Shown here one piece after another: positions 61,776 through 64,000 of a DNA stretch of 64,000 bases. A program made the translations under genes and the position numbers. Under the pieces are notes generated by a model that saw nothing but the letters and a program-made list of their open reading frames with translations, did not search any database and had not been told where the DNA came from. The DNA is from Candidatus Woesearchaeota archaeon (GTDB lineage Archaea; Nanobdellota; Nanobdellia; Woesearchaeales; JBDRGA01): NCBI GenBank assembly GCA_043818175.1, contig JBDRGA010000016.1, forward strand, positions 14,003-78,002, written 5' to 3'. Position 1 is the stretch's first letter; every line of letters starts with the position of its first letter.

Positions 61776-64000
61776 ATGCAACGCCGCGCGCAACTAACAC
61801 TTTTGCTTCTCGTAGGAATCATGCTGGTTCTTGCCTTCGGCTTCGTTCTGTATCTTAGAGGAATAATCGTTGAAGAAAGAATCAATGCACAGGCAGACAA
61901 AGCAATTCAGGGGTACTTACAAGCAGCTTCGGCATCAACATATGTATCAAGCTGCGTGACAAGAATAAGCGATGAAGCAATATACATGCTGGGAAGACAA
62001 GGAGGAGTAATATACAAGTCCCAGAACGGAACCATAGACCAGCAGACAAGAACATATGTTCCATTCGATGAAGCGGGAAAGCAATGGAACGTTACATACT
62101 CCCTGAGCAGATACGTCAACGATAATTGCGCAGTAACAAACCCACCAGAGTATCCTTATCCTGAAACACCAGTGAACAGACTGCTGGTTCCATTCACCCA
62201 GAGATTGAACAGTGGCCAGTGTCCAATCCCGCCAGGACTGTCGTCAGGGCCGGTTGGAAATTATACACTGCAACCATTATGCGATCCACAAGGTAAGAAT
62301 GGTATTGGCGCATCCACGAGGAATACTTATTTATGTATCATATCCAGTTATGGGGAAGAAAGTATCCAACTGCAACTCGAGAAGTACATAGAAAACCAGC
62401 TACCCCTCTGCGTAAACTTCACCCTATTCCAAGATATCACAGGAAACACAATCAACGTCACAGGACTTCCAAACGTTTCGATAACCCTTGGCCAGGATGA
62501 TATGTTGATTCAATCAATCTACCCGTTCACAGTAAGCCTGCACGGAGGCGAACCAATAACTAGACTAGTAACATTCGATGTGTCAAGAGACATTCCATTA
62601 AAACGAATTCATGAAACACTGAGCTACCTTCTAACATTGGACGCCAAGAACCTACATTTCAGCCCGACCGCAAACGCTACCAGAATTGCAATCAGACCCT
62701 TGCCAGAAATTGAGAGGTATAGGGACGTATGCACTACTTGTGTTGCTGAAAGGCACGACGACATCCTGAACCTAACGGACACAACAAGCAAAGTAAAGGG
62801 AGAACCATTCACATTCCTTTCCGCAATACAAAACAGGGCGCCGGTACTTGATTATATACACTTCTCCGAAGGAAACCCAGTACCACAACATTATGACCTG
62901 GTAATCCTGGAAGGCCTCACAATAGAACTCAGCCCCGAGGGGTACGACCCTGATGAGGATAATGCAAACAACTCACAGTATCTCATGTCCAAGAATTATT
63001 CATACAAAGGATGGAAAGCAGAATACGAACAGGAAAACAGCATTCCTACAGAATGGATGTGGAATGGCGTGTGGCGTGGCGGCACAGTAATCGCGGCGGG
63101 AAGAAGTTTCAACATTTCTCTGCTGGCAGACCTGATACTTTTCCCGTACTCAAACATATCCTGCTATAAGGATGCCACTTACAATATTGGACCAACACCA
63201 CCCTGTTCTGATTTAAGAAACATATGGGAAAACAGCCAAAAATTCATGCTCACAAAAAGGGAAGCAACGTACACCACAGGACCACCAGACATTGGTCCAC
63301 ATGAGGTCAAAATAATAATAAGAGAGGACTCAGGCCTCCTTGACTACCAGTTGCTTCACATCCTTGTTGCAGATTTATGTGCCAACGGCAGACAGGTATA
63401 CACCGAATTTGCTGGAAAGGATGCAAGCGTTGAAGACCCATACCTGCTCGAAAGCTGCAGCGTAACTCCCATGCCTGGATGGGACTACCTTTGGAACAGC
63501 AGCAAGGAAGGAGAACTGGGAAGACTGCCAGTGCTTAACTTCGGCAAGGACATTATGAACCCCCTTGAAAGCCCTTTCACGAAAACAGGAATGCACACCA
63601 TAACCCTTTGGATAACAGCACAGGACGGCCAGGTAAGCAATACAAGCATTAACGTTGAAGTGAAGCAGTGCATTCCATTCAATAACGGGCCTGGAGGCAT
63701 TCCGTACCCATACTCCACAGAAAGCGACCCATTCTTAGCGGACCATGTTTGCTGTGAGAGCAATGGAAACTTGAGGAATAAAAACTTCGCTTGTTATTCT
63801 TTTGATGAGAACTGGTGTTATCCTTCAGACATAACGCTTTCAGAATTTCCACCTCTTGATGTTGCAGTTAAAGAAGACCCACTTATTGAAAAGAAGATTT
63901 TGGATGCCGCCTCATCAGACTATCGAGGAACAAGCAAGTTTGAAGATGACGGTATAGAATTAACTCCCGGAAGAGCACTGCAAAACGACATCTTCAACCG
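61776..64000 (+). CDS. Second large membrane-anchored/secreted surface protein, 3' truncated by the window end
   Basis: The ATG at 61776 is followed by a TM/signal segment (LTLLLLVGIMLVLAFGFVLYL). An open frame of >740 codons with no stop runs to position 64000; it is absent from the ORF track only because it has no in-window stop. Asn/Thr/Cys-rich ectodomain. Confidence 0.6.
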   Translation, partial: MQRRAQLTLLLLVGIMLVLAFGFVLYLRGIIVEERINAQADKAIQGYLQAASASTYVSSCVTRISDEAIYMLGRQGGVIYKSQNGTIDQQTRTYVPFDEAGKQWNVTYSLSRYVNDNCAVTNPPEYPYPETPVNRLLVPFTQRLNSGQCPIPPGLSSGPVGNYTLQPLCDPQGKNGIGASTRNTYLCIISSYGEESIQLQLEKYIENQLPLCVNFTLFQDITGNTINVTGLPNVSITLGQDDMLIQSIYPFTVSLHGGEPITRLVTFDVSRDIPLKRIHETLSYLLTLDAKNLHFSPTANATRIAIRPLPEIERYRDVCTTCVAERHDDILNLTDTTSKVKGEPFTFLSAIQNRAPVLDYIHFSEGNPVPQHYDLVILEGLTIELSPEGYDPDEDNANNSQYLMSKNYSYKGWKAEYEQENSIPTEWMWNGVWRGGTVIAAGRSFNISLLADLILFPYSNISCYKDATYNIGPTPPCSDLRNIWENSQKFMLTKREATYTTGPPDIGPHEVKIIIREDSGLLDYQLLHILVADLCANGRQVYTEFAGKDASVEDPYLLESCSVTPMPGWDYLWNSSKEGELGRLPVLNFGKDIMNPLESPFTKTGMHTITLWITAQDGQVSNTSINVEVKQCIPFNNGPGGIPYPYSTESDPFLADHVCCESNGNLRNKNFACYSFDENWCYPSDITLSEFPPLDVAVKEDPLIEKKILDAASSDYRGTSKFEDDGIELTPGRALQNDIFN

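Noticed and set aside
61882-63763. Minus-strand ORFs of 60-92 aa at the window end
   Set aside because: They are antisense to a long uninterrupted plus-strand frame (61776 onward) that encodes a signal/TM-anchored surface protein.
1-64000. CRISPR arrays, rRNA genes, IS elements/transposases
   Set aside because: No regularly spaced direct repeats, no rRNA-like conserved stretches and no transposase-like ORFs were seen on either strand. The only mobile element identified is the MCM intein.

Overview
This window reads as a compact, low-GC archaeal chromosome segment. It has several features of DPANN-like lineages: a single-chain PriS-PriL primase, large Cys-rich secreted proteins, and Lys-rich tails on r-proteins. 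The first ~13 kb is the classic archaeal ribosomal-protein operon on the minus strand, with SUI1/aIF1 and RNase P Rpp29 embedded in it. The genes identified in order are L3, L4, L23, L2, S19, L22, S3, L29, SUI1, Rpp29, S17, L14, L24, S4e, L5, S14, S8, L6, L32e, L19e, L18, S5, L30, L15 and a partial SecY. The next ~28 kb is unusually dense in DNA-replication genes: a fused PriS-PriL(CTD) primase, the Hef helicase-nuclease, and an orc1/cdc6-PolD small-PolD large operon preceded by an ORB-plus-AT-rich origin-like region. It also holds an OB-fold/wH RPA2-like protein, an MCM carrying a ~532-aa LAGLIDADG intein, and a TBP gene whose upstream region carries two ORB-like boxes and a mini-ORB. Other calls are HtpX+LemA, TraB, two TrmB-like regulators, aIF2-beta next to a Fic protein, and a DedA protein. 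There is also a NYN-Zn-ribbon protein, a ThiS/SAMP-like GG-tail protein near a TtuA/NcsA tRNA-thiolation enzyme, a fused PyrB-PyrI aspartate carbamoyltransferase, MtaB, a PLP enzyme, a ferredoxin, Rpp30, a HEPN/nucleotidyltransferase pair, and two very large secreted Cys/Asp-rich surface proteins. The second of those two surface proteins runs off the window end. A perfect 14-bp palindrome, TTTCAATATTGAAA, occurs three times, each time in an intergenic region. I found no rRNA, tRNA or CRISPR array. Coordinates taken from the ORF track are exact. Coordinates I derived by counting (inteins, motifs) may be off by a few bases.
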